A stretch of 64,000 nt of DNA, taken from positions 7,654-71,653 of the forward strand of contig DATMMD010000175.1 of assembly GCA_035569875.1 (NCBI GenBank), written 5' to 3'. The stretch's first letter is position 1. Each line of letters starts with the position of its first letter. The translations under genes were made by a program, and so were the position numbers. The notes below the pieces were generated by a model. It was not told where the DNA came from. It was given only the letters and a program-made list of their open reading frames with translations, and ran no database searches. The stretch comes from Bryobacteraceae bacterium (lineage in GTDB: Bacteria; Acidobacteriota; Terriglobia; Bryobacterales; Bryobacteraceae). This document shows positions 56,601-64,000 of the stretch, in pieces.

Positions 56601-58809
56601 TGAAATATAACCGAGCTACGCCATGCTGAGCCACGGACTTCATGCCCCAAAGCTTGGAGTAAGAGCGGAAATCATTAGCGCCAATGGTGTCGTCGATGAT
56701 CAACAAATAACGAACTCCGCGCGCCTTCAATTCAGCCGTCGCGGCCTGACGCAAGCTCATGCGGTGTGGCCGGATGGACTCAACGGGAGCGGCGGCTATG
56801 GTGGTCCATTTTCCATCGTTGGCCAAACCATCCAACCTAATTTTCGTCGCGGAGGAATCGCCGGACGATTCCACGATCACGGAATCGAGCGTTTGGCCGC
56901 GGGGGAAGTCGATCTCCAGGTACATGCCGGGTTCGGGCGGCTGCCAGCTTCTCCAGCGCGTGACCGGGCTGTTATCGAAAGCCAGCTGGACATCCCAAGG
57001 ATTGGGGTGGGCAGTGAGCCGCCACTCGGGTTCACGCGGTAGCTCGCGTCCGCCGGCAAAGACGCGCAATTCCGCGACCGACCACTGGGCCTCGGGCACG
57101 CTCGCGGTCTGGACGACGCGGACTCTCCGCAACTCGCGCGGCGGAAACTGAAACGTCAGGATTCGCGTGGGCTGGAAGTCCCGGAACATTGGCGTCCAGA
57201 GAATATCCTGCAACAGTTCGTTGAACGCGCCCTCATAGCCCACTAATATCTGGCGGGAGGTGTACGCGGTGCCCGGTTGGGAAAAGGTTAATACTTTGGC
57301 ATTGGCGGGGACGGAGCTTTGAATCATTCGAGCCATGTCATACCCGAGATTGCCGTTTAGATAATCCTCTTCCGGTTGAATCCGGAGCGCCGCCTTGGGA
57401 GAGACCTTCGCCAATCGCCAAGTGCCCGGCGCGCAGTACAATCGAACGACATTTGGCCAGCAGGTTATGGCCTGAGCGGCTACCAGAACGAGCAGCAGCC
57501 ACTCGAGGCCGGATAGCGCCAACGCCAGCGAGAGTGAAATAAACGGAATCGCCGGGATCAGGAAGCGCGTTCCGACGTTGGTCAGATATGGCGCGCCGAA
57601 AATCAATCCCGCCAGCAGCAATTGGCGCCCTTCGCGGAAACGCAACGCCAGAAGCGCGAGCGGTGAGAGCAGGAACAGCGGTCCGATCAGGCCAGTAGTG
57701 AGGTCGCCTCGCACCGTCACCTGCCAGGGAATCTGCCAGTAACTGGTCAGTGCGTACACCCGCATGTACTTGCGATAGGTATCTTCGAACGAAATGTGGA
57801 CGTAAGGGTTCGGGAAGATGCGATTCGCAAAGGGCGAAAAAGGATTCGCGACCTCGATCCAGCTCTTCACCATCCACGGCAGGATGAAGGCCAAGGCAAG
57901 CATGGAGACTACCAGGATCGGACGCACAATTGGCTTGCGCGCGCGCCAGGATTTCCAGGCGATGAAGCAGAGCGCGTATGGCACGGCGATGAATGCGGTG
58001 TACTTGACGGCGTAGCTGAAGCCGGCGAGAATCCCGATCGGCACCAGCAGCTGGGGATTTCGGTCCTGGTCCCAAATTTGCAGCAAATAAAAGAGAGCGA
58101 ACAGGACCGCGGTTATGCCGACGTCGATGTAGGCAATGGTCCCATCGAGTCCGACTACCGGACTGGCATAAGTGAAGATCGCCGCGGCTACGCCAACCCC
58201 AGGCCGTCCAATTCTTCGAGCGTAGCTGAAGATCAGAAATATGAGAACAATGAAAAACGCGAAATGGACCAACGCGGCCGCGGAATGACGGCCATACTCA
58301 AATGCCCAAAGGAACAACATCTCGATGCCTTCCGACAAGCTGGCATAAATGTCGGTGGTAATGCGGGGGAATCCATGAGTTCGCTGGTATTTGGCGACGA
58401 CCCCCAGGTGATAGGACATTCCATCTGGGCTGGATTCCGGCTCCAGGGCGTTAATGAAGTAGAGCACGGTGAACGCGCCAAAGACGACCAGGAATACCCA
58501 GCGCCAACGCTGAGGCAGTGGTGGAAACGGGCCGCCCCGCGGATGATGAGCGCCCGAACGCAGCGCATAGAAGATGATCGCAAGCCCCAGAACAAGAAAC
58601 AGAGGTTTCCAGGCAAGTTGAGCCGCGCACAACACGAAAACTATCGCGCTGAGTAGAGCCGCGCCAATGACAAACGCGAAGAGGCGTTCTTCCCAACGAT
58701 AAAAACTAAGCGAAAGTTTGCGAACCAGAAGCGTGCCGAGCGCCCCAGCGGTGGCAACGGTGAACAACCAGCCGAACAGGATGGCCAGGACCGTCAACGC
58801 CGCGTGCAT
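56593..58809 (-). CDS. Polytopic membrane protein (GT39/ArnT-like) fused to a C-terminal F5/8 type C (discoidin)-like domain
   Basis: More than 10 TM segments. The C-terminal ...WSVAELRVFAGGRELP...NSPVTRWRSWQPPEPGMYLEIDF resembles a discoidin domain. Confidence 0.55.
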   Translation of the reverse strand: MHAALTVLAILFGWLFTVATAGALGTLLVRKLSLSFYRWEERLFAFVIGAALLSAIVFVLCAAQLAWKPLFLVLGLAIIFYALRSGAHHPRGGPFPPLPQRWRWVFLVVFGAFTVLYFINALEPESSPDGMSYHLGVVAKYQRTHGFPRITTDIYASLSEGIEMLFLWAFEYGRHSAAALVHFAFFIVLIFLIFSYARRIGRPGVGVAAAIFTYASPVVGLDGTIAYIDVGITAVLFALFYLLQIWDQDRNPQLLVPIGILAGFSYAVKYTAFIAVPYALCFIAWKSWRARKPIVRPILVVSMLALAFILPWMVKSWIEVANPFSPFANRIFPNPYVHISFEDTYRKYMRVYALTSYWQIPWQVTVRGDLTTGLIGPLFLLSPLALLALRFREGRQLLLAGLIFGAPYLTNVGTRFLIPAIPFISLSLALALSGLEWLLLVLVAAQAITCWPNVVRLYCAPGTWRLAKVSPKAALRIQPEEDYLNGNLGYDMARMIQSSVPANAKVLTFSQPGTAYTSRQILVGYEGAFNELLQDILWTPMFRDFQPTRILTFQFPPRELRRVRVVQTASVPEAQWSVAELRVFAGGRELPREPEWRLTAHPNPWDVQLAFDNSPVTRWRSWQPPEPGMYLEIDFPRGQTLDSVIVESSGDSSATKIRLDGLANDGKWTTIAAAPVESIRPHRMSLRQAATAELKARGVRYLLIIDDTIGANDFRSYSKLWGMKSVAQHGVARLYFIE

Positions 58810-59357
58810 TACCGGAGAAACCCGACGCGCGTCAAAATGATACCGAACTTCACGCCATCCTGCGGCGCGACGTAGAGCTTGTCGACATCGATAGAAATCG
58901 TCGATTCTGTATCCGCGGACAGCCAGCCCGGAGGCACCGCTTTTTCGAAATGTTTATACCCCGGTGTCGCGTACTTCACTTTGTCGAGCAGGTGTCCGTT
59001 GACAAGAAACGATAGCTCGATCGGCCCGGTCTGTTTGAATCCGTCGTCCCAGATGGCGAAGTCGGAACTAAGCTTGATGTTGTCGCTCGAATCCACCAAC
59101 ATTTTGACGGTGGGCTGCTTGGAGGTCCAGCGCCAGGGGCTGCCAAAAGGCTCGTAGATGTCTTTGACGATATGTTGCGCGGCATCGGGATCGTTCATTT
59201 CCACCATCATCGCGTAGGGATCAGGCGTGAGCGCCTGTGCTGGCCGCTGCTGGGGCGGTGGATAGGTCTCAGGAAGCCGATCGCAGGAGCACAGGAGCAG
59301 GGAGAGGATGGCGACGGCAATTCGGGTCAAGACAACTATTATGACAGTCCAGGTCAC
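58809..59357 (-). CDS. Hypothetical lipoprotein
   Basis: Lipobox LLLCSC after a hydrophobic segment. Its stop is adjacent to the downstream gene's start. Confidence 0.5.
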   Translation of the reverse strand: MTWTVIIVVLTRIAVAILSLLLCSCDRLPETYPPPQQRPAQALTPDPYAMMVEMNDPDAAQHIVKDIYEPFGSPWRWTSKQPTVKMLVDSSDNIKLSSDFAIWDDGFKQTGPIELSFLVNGHLLDKVKYATPGYKHFEKAVPPGWLSADTESTISIDVDKLYVAPQDGVKFGIILTRVGFLR

Positions 59358-59400
59358 GGCCGGTGAACAATTTGCATCTTGCTGAGGACAATCGGGATGC

Positions 59401-60791
59401 TTACGCGCATTGGGTCATTATGACGCCAGAACGAGCGGCTAGCGTCATACGGATCTGACGATGCTTGGTGGTTCGAAATGTGTCGAGCGTAACGCCGAGC
59501 GTGGATAAGGGAGCCTGGTGAAGGCGGCGCGTGAGGCGCTCCGGGGAGTTGGGAAGATTGACTATGTGCGCGGCTTGGAGAGCGGCGAGGAGTTCGGTGG
59601 GCGAACCTTCCCAGTAATGTTTGCCGTGCGCGAAAGCGGCCACTTCTCGGGCCAGGGTGTCGGGGCAGAGCGCAATGCGCATTTGCGATTCGGCGATGCC
59701 GAGCGCAGGCGCGGCGGCGATGGACCATTGCAACGCGTCCGCGAATCGCGTGGGGAATTCGGGGTTGGTGTCTCTGACGTTGCCAAGGGCGAGGCTGACA
59801 GCGTTGCAAGCGGTGGCGAGGAGCGCCGGGCGAGCGGATTCGAACTCGATGAGGATTTCGCTCTCGGTTCGACGCTGAGGAGCAGCGATGTGCGGCAGTT
59901 CGATGGTGATGGCGTGGTTGGCGACAGCGGCGTCGTTGCCAACCGAGGCGCAATCATCGGAAGCGTCAGGATTATGGGGCGCTGAAGCGGGATGGAGACT
60001 GAATCGGCAGCCTGGGCGCATCGATCGAATTCGAAAGACGCGCCGGAAGAAAGGCGGCGGAGGGCGGCTAGTACTGCAGGAGGGAGATCGCCTGAGTCGT
60101 CGAAGGCGAGGACGTAATTGTTCCAAGCCAGGCGCATCACATCCCGCTCGGTGCGCGGACGCGGGCAAAAGGCGGAAGTGGCGGGATCGATGAGGCTGCG
60201 CAACATGCGAGCGAGCACGGTTTTTCCGCTAGCGGCTGGGCCCTTTACCAAAAGGATGGGATAAGGGCCGATGGGGCGGAGAGAAGAAACGAGCCAGGCG
60301 AGGGCGGCCGGTGGAAAGTGCAACGTGGAGGGCAGTGAGGTGGCTGGCTCGGTGGGAGGTGGCAGCGGCTGTTGGGAGCGGGAGCGGCGAAAGGCGCGGC
60401 GAGCTGTGGAGATTACCTGCCATCCCGCGGCGGTGATCTCGATCGCATCGCCCTCCGAGTTGCAAAGATCGATGAGAATGGCGGCAGGATCGAAGGGCTG
60501 GCCGCGGTGCGAGAGGCGCAACGCGATGGACTGGCGCGAAAGTTCGCTGCGCCGGGCCTTGGCTTCGAACAATAGCAGGGCGGTGCGGAGTTGCAAAAGT
60601 GAAGGTATGAGTTCGTGCTCGCGATGGAAGGTATCGGCCAGCCAGTCGCGGAAGAGGACGGAGTGGACCGGCAGGAGATCGTGGGCGATGGGAGTGAGTG
60701 GAACAAGGGCACAGGGGAGGCCTTCGGGGGAACAGCAGGGCGTGGCGTAACGGAGGGCATGGTTAAGTAGGCGCTCGGCGCGGGTAGTCAT
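59401..60791 (-). pseudogene. Mobile-element-type P-loop ATPase, frameshifted
   Basis: The sensible reading MTTRAERLL...LVKGPAASGKTVLARML...SIPLQRPIILT (frame of ORF 59562-60941) continues as ASDDCASVGNDAAVANHAITIELPH... in the frame of ORF 59401-60168. The shift lies near 59964. After the shift the first frame becomes P/S/R-rich nonsense. Confidence 0.6.
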
Positions 60792-60929
60792 TGCGAGGTG
60801 AGTGTAACAGGGGTGGTGGGAGTTGGAGCGGAGTTGGATGGGTAGTTTATTGAATTGGAAGGGGATGGGCAGGGTGGGAGTGCTGTGAACGGGCGGCGAA
60901 GGGGCGTTGACACAAGTGTGGACGCACGT

Positions 60930-60978
60930 ATCACCGCTCACTGCTCACCGCTCACTGCTCACTGCTCACTGCTCACTG
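60930..60978 (+). repeat. Heptanucleotide tandem repeat, 7 copies of CTCAC(T/C)G
   Basis: ATCACCG CTCACTG CTCACCG CTCACTG CTCACTG CTCACTG CTCACTG, read directly. It lies in the divergent intergenic region between the ATPase pseudogene and the vapB-like remnant. Confidence 0.9.
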
Positions 60979-61002
60979 CGCCAGGTATGCCATGCTGGAA
61001 AT

Positions 61003-61237
61003 ATGCGCGTCACGATTGACCTGCCAAATGCTCTCTTCCGGAGGGCAAAGGCGGTTGCGGCCTGCGCGGTTCCAGCATCAGAGACCTGATCGTTCGGGCA
61101 GTCGAGCGTGAGGTCGCGAAAAATTCTGGCGTGCTGGAAAGGCAAGCGGTGCAGCCCGTGAGAGTTCCTTTGATTCACTTGAAGCGGGGACGCAAGCTAG
61201 ATTTGACTGGATTCGATTTTGATGACCTGCTTGCTTG
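61003..61237 (+). pseudogene. Type II antitoxin (ribbon-helix-helix, VapB-like), frameshifted
   Basis: MRVTIDLPNALFRRAKAVAA is followed, after a 1-nt frame change near 61060, by LRGSSIRDLIVRAVEREVAKNSG.... This is the typical antitoxin pattern MR.T.DLPD.L...AK..AA.RG.S...L...A. Confidence 0.55.
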
Positions 61238-61405
61238 AGGCTCGGGTGTCACAGATGGGCTTTTTTGCGGCTGCTCACTAATGCGCGGGTGATGGGGGGC
61301 GATGTGTCTGCGTTCGCCTCAGCAGCGGAATTCACGCTGGTCACGTTCGACGCCGGGTATGCGCGGCAGAAGGGGATTCGGTTGCGATTGTTGAGCGAGA
61401 AATAG
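61238..61405 (+). pseudogene. C-terminal remnant of a PIN-domain (VapC-like) toxin
   Basis: ...GDVSAFASAAEFTLVTFDAGYARQKGIRLRLLSEK matches a PIN C-terminus (..LAA.A...GATLVTFD.GF..F.GLR...L). The N-terminal part, about 90 aa, is missing. Confidence 0.4.
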
Positions 61406-61448
61406 GCGTTCAGCACGAGTGTGAACGCGGCACGCAGGAGTGCGTGCG

Positions 61449-62519
61449 CTACGGGTAATAGGCCTTGCTGAAATTGTTGCGGGCGTTCGTCACAGTGAAA
61501 GAACCGTCCGATTGCGCGGACAGTTTGATCCAATAAGCTGTGCCGTTGTGGATGGGCGCGGATGGCGCAGAAGAAGGAGCGATGGGCAGCGTGGGCGGCT
61601 GGTCGTCAATCGTATTAGCGATGAACATTCCGGGCACGGTATATTCCTGCCCGCTCAGAAGCGAGAAGTGAAGCTGCCAAAGATCCTCAAGACCCGGCGA
61701 TGAATGCACCGTCTGCATGACTTCGGGTTCGCCGCCTTTGCGAGTGCCGTTATTCATGATGGCGACGCGTGGATGAAGGGCGTGCACCAACACCGGGGAA
61801 TTCGAGCTGGCCTGTCCGTGGTGTAATCCCAAGAGCACGTCGACTGTGCCGATGCGGTTATTGGGGCACATCAACTCGAACTCCTTGTTTTTGGTTATGT
61901 CGCCCAAATGAATGGTGCGAAACTTTCCATATTTCACGTAGATCCCGACGGATTGCGGGTCTTCGGCATTGTTCTCGCCGGGCTTGAAATTCGCGCAATA
62001 GGGGTTGGCTGCTCCAGCGCCAGGCAAGGGCGTCTTTAATGTCTCGCCAGCGGAAGTCACGACGCGAACATCGAGACCGGTCATGGCGATCTTGTCGCCG
62101 GCTTTAACGACAGTATGCTTTGCATTGGCGTAGAGCGGTGGGTAAGTTTTCTGGAGAAACGTGTCAGCAAGCTCGCCGGGCTGAGTATTTGGGCCGTGAT
62201 CGATAAACTCGCGAATGGGAATCCAGGGAGCCAGCTCGGCCAAGCCGCCGAAATGATCGCCATGCCAATGCGTGATGATGAGGTGATCGATCTGGTGGAG
62301 TCCGGCGTCTTGGATGGCTTCCATAATGCGACCGGCGTCGCGCGGGGCGGCGGCGCCCGCATTGCCGGTATCGATGAGCAGCGATTCATGAGAGGGAGAC
62401 ACAAACAAAGTGGCGTTGCCGCCTTCGACATCGATGACGTAGACGTTCAGGGTTCCGCGCGGTTGGGCTGTTGCGAGAGCGAAAGTGAAAAGCCAGGGGA
62501 TTAACACGGCTGCGCGCAT
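61449..62519 (-). CDS. Secreted MBL-fold metallo-hydrolase
   Basis: Signal peptide MRAAVLIPWLFTFALATA and an ...IDHLIITHWHGDHFGG motif. Confidence 0.75.
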   Translation of the reverse strand: MRAAVLIPWLFTFALATAQPRGTLNVYVIDVEGGNATLFVSPSHESLLIDTGNAGAAAPRDAGRIMEAIQDAGLHQIDHLIITHWHGDHFGGLAELAPWIPIREFIDHGPNTQPGELADTFLQKTYPPLYANAKHTVVKAGDKIAMTGLDVRVVTSAGETLKTPLPGAGAANPYCANFKPGENNAEDPQSVGIYVKYGKFRTIHLGDITKNKEFELMCPNNRIGTVDVLLGLHHGQASSNSPVLVHALHPRVAIMNNGTRKGGEPEVMQTVHSSPGLEDLWQLHFSLLSGQEYTVPGMFIANTIDDQPPTLPIAPSSAPSAPIHNGTAYWIKLSAQSDGSFTVTNARNNFSKAYYP

Positions 62520-62539
62520 GTCAATGGAGTTTATCGCAA

Positions 62540-63229
62540 TTACGAAGCACACAGGTCAGAGACCGGTGCCACAGGGGCCACAAGAGAAAGGCGGGCCCAG
62601 GGACGATGGACGCTTACGCGGGCTTGGTCGAGGCCGGCTCGCATCGCAAGAGACAGCAGTTCATCCTTTTTAAAAGCCGCGCGGACCGAGACTGGGCCAT
62701 CATAGAGCGAGATGTGGTGCCAGCCGAAGAGCCACTTGGTAGCGGGAATGAAGTAATAGGCAAGCGGACCACGCTCCAGGTCGATCGCGAGTACCGCCCG
62801 GCGGGCCACTGTTCGGAAGTTGCGAAACAACCCTACCACCTGCTCGTCGGTGAAGTGATGCAGGAAAAGCGAGCTGAAGACGAAGTCAAAACTGCGCGGG
62901 ACGAAGGGCAGCAAAAACGCGTCGCCGGCCAACTTGGGGTGCGCGGCTTTTTCCAGATGCAGGCATTTGTTATCCAGCGATGTGATGGTGGCCCGTGGGT
63001 AACGGCGCCGCAGTACTGCACCCATGTCGCCCGAAGCTGCGCCAATGTCCAGCATGGAGAAGCGATCGTCCGGGGAACGGACAAAATCGGCCATGATACG
63101 GCGCAGAATGGCGTGGCCTCCGAGATAGCGGTTGATGCGCACCAGGTCGCCGAGATTGTCGCGAGCCACTTCCGGACTGGCATGGTCCAACAGTTCCGGT
63201 ACAATGACGCGCCCGTGACCGATTGCCAT
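62540..63229 (-). CDS. Class I SAM-dependent methyltransferase
   Basis: MLDIGAASGDMG motif I and ...FDFVFSSLFLHHF... motif. Confidence 0.75.
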   Translation of the reverse strand: MAIGHGRVIVPELLDHASPEVARDNLGDLVRINRYLGGHAILRRIMADFVRSPDDRFSMLDIGAASGDMGAVLRRRYPRATITSLDNKCLHLEKAAHPKLAGDAFLLPFVPRSFDFVFSSLFLHHFTDEQVVGLFRNFRTVARRAVLAIDLERGPLAYYFIPATKWLFGWHHISLYDGPVSVRAAFKKDELLSLAMRAGLDQARVSVHRPWARLSLVAPVAPVSDLCAS

Positions 63230-63255
63230 CTCCTCATGATAAGATGCGGCTGATT

Positions 63256-64000
63256 ATGAAAGACACCATGCAGTTATCGAGGCGACGATATCTGGCGCTC
63301 ATGAGCGCAGCAACTGCGCTGACAGAAGCAGCAGCGCCGGCCGCGACCGGTGATGAGGATCGGGAGCAGAGGATGAAATGGTGGCACGACGCGCGTTTCG
63401 GAATGTTCATCCATTGGGGACTCTACAGCGTCGCCGGGCGGCATGAATGGGTGATGGAAAACGAAGCCATCCCGGTGGCGGAGTATGAACAACTGGCGAA
63501 GCGTTTCACACCCCAGCCGAATGCCGCGCGAGCCTGGGCGAAATTGGCGCGGCAGGCCGGCCAGAAGTACATGGTGATGACCACCAAGCATCACGAAGGC
63601 TTCTGCCTGTTTGACACCAAGCTGACTAACTACTCGGCGCCAAAACAGGCGTGCGGGCGGGACCTGGTGAAGGAGTACGTGGAAGCTGCGCGGGCTGAAG
63701 GACTGCGGGTCGGGTTTTATTATTCGCTGATGGATTGGCATCATCCCGACGGCGCACGGTGCGCGGGAGACGAAGCCGCGCGGCGGCGCTTTGTCGATTA
63801 CATTCACGGTCAAGTGCGCGAGCTATGCACGAACTACGGCAAGCTGGACATTCTTTGGTACGACGTGAATTGGCCGCTGAAGCCCGAGGGATGGGAGGCG
63901 GCGCAGATGAACGCCATGGTGCGGAAGCTGCAGCCCGGGATCATTATCAACAACCGCACCGGATTGGCCGAAGATTTCGCTACGCCCGAGCAGCGCATCG
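63256..64000 (+). CDS. Alpha-L-fucosidase (GH29), 3'-partial at the window edge; absent from the ORF track
   Basis: My own translation: MKDTMQLSRRRYLALMSAATAL (Tat signal) ...WWHDARFGMFIHWGLYSV...YMVMTTKHHEGFCLFDT...GFYYSLMDWHHPD. These are GH29 signatures. Confidence 0.85.
   Translation, partial: MKDTMQLSRRRYLALMSAATALTEAAAPAATGDEDREQRMKWWHDARFGMFIHWGLYSVAGRHEWVMENEAIPVAEYEQLAKRFTPQPNAARAWAKLARQAGQKYMVMTTKHHEGFCLFDTKLTNYSAPKQACGRDLVKEYVEAARAEGLRVGFYYSLMDWHHPDGARCAGDEAARRRFVDYIHGQVRELCTNYGKLDILWYDVNWPLKPEGWEAAQMNAMVRKLQPGIIINNRTGLAEDFATPEQRI

Noticed and set aside
59354-59953. 199-aa minus-strand ORF
   Set aside because: This is a third frame over the ATPase pseudogene. Its extremely R/H/P-rich composition is typical of an out-of-frame artefact.
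60930-60978. Possible CRISPR array
   Set aside because: The units are 7 nt with no spacers, so this is a microsatellite-type tandem repeat and not a CRISPR array.
63274-63813. 179-aa minus-strand ORF
   Set aside because: It is antisense to the plus-strand GH29 fucosidase. The fucosidase is missing from the track only because it runs off the window end.

Overview
This is a GC-rich bacterial window. It is probably an Acidobacterium of the Solibacter/Bryobacter type. I infer that from two CarboxypepD_reg-type TonB-dependent receptors, an FG-GAP protein with a Solibacter-type C-terminal domain, and many Tat and lipoprotein signals. No search was run, so all product calls rest on motifs read by eye.

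Layout:
1. About 24-9465 is a compact phage-derived integrated element. It carries a tape-measure-like giant protein, a stand-alone FtsH-like peptidase domain, and an ATGA-coupled excisionase / 2 small ORFs / large serine recombinase module. The recombinase stop lies inside the 3' end of an initiator-type tRNA-Met (9389-9465, minus strand).
2. 9540-10916 is a decayed tyrosine-integrase plus excisionase module.
3. 11.3-28.65 kb is a catabolic block bounded on both sides by truncated genes. It ends at a 40-nt copy of the tRNA-Met 5' half (28728-28767).
4. 28.8-59.3 kb holds core and metabolic genes: DUF488, DUF885, fabD, an aromatic/tannin-type cluster with a TonB-dependent receptor, pgk, an M20 peptidase and others.
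5. 59.4-61.4 kb is a second decayed mobile remnant: a frameshifted P-loop ATPase, a 7x heptanucleotide repeat and a degraded vapBC-like pair.
6. An MBL-fold hydrolase, a methyltransferase and a partial GH29 fucosidase finish the window.

The most interesting observation is in the catabolic block. Two inverted paralogous YVTN-type beta-propeller genes (12119-14179 on plus, 17986-20166 on minus) are each interrupted by an in-frame TGA. The TGA sits at the same, locally most conserved position (ILVPN-TGA-VA[QH]P). In both copies it is followed by two stem-loops at identical spacing. This makes them candidates for selenocysteine or another recoding event in an undescribed periplasmic redox module that also includes a Rieske oxygenase, an aldolase, an anion permease and a diheme cytochrome c.
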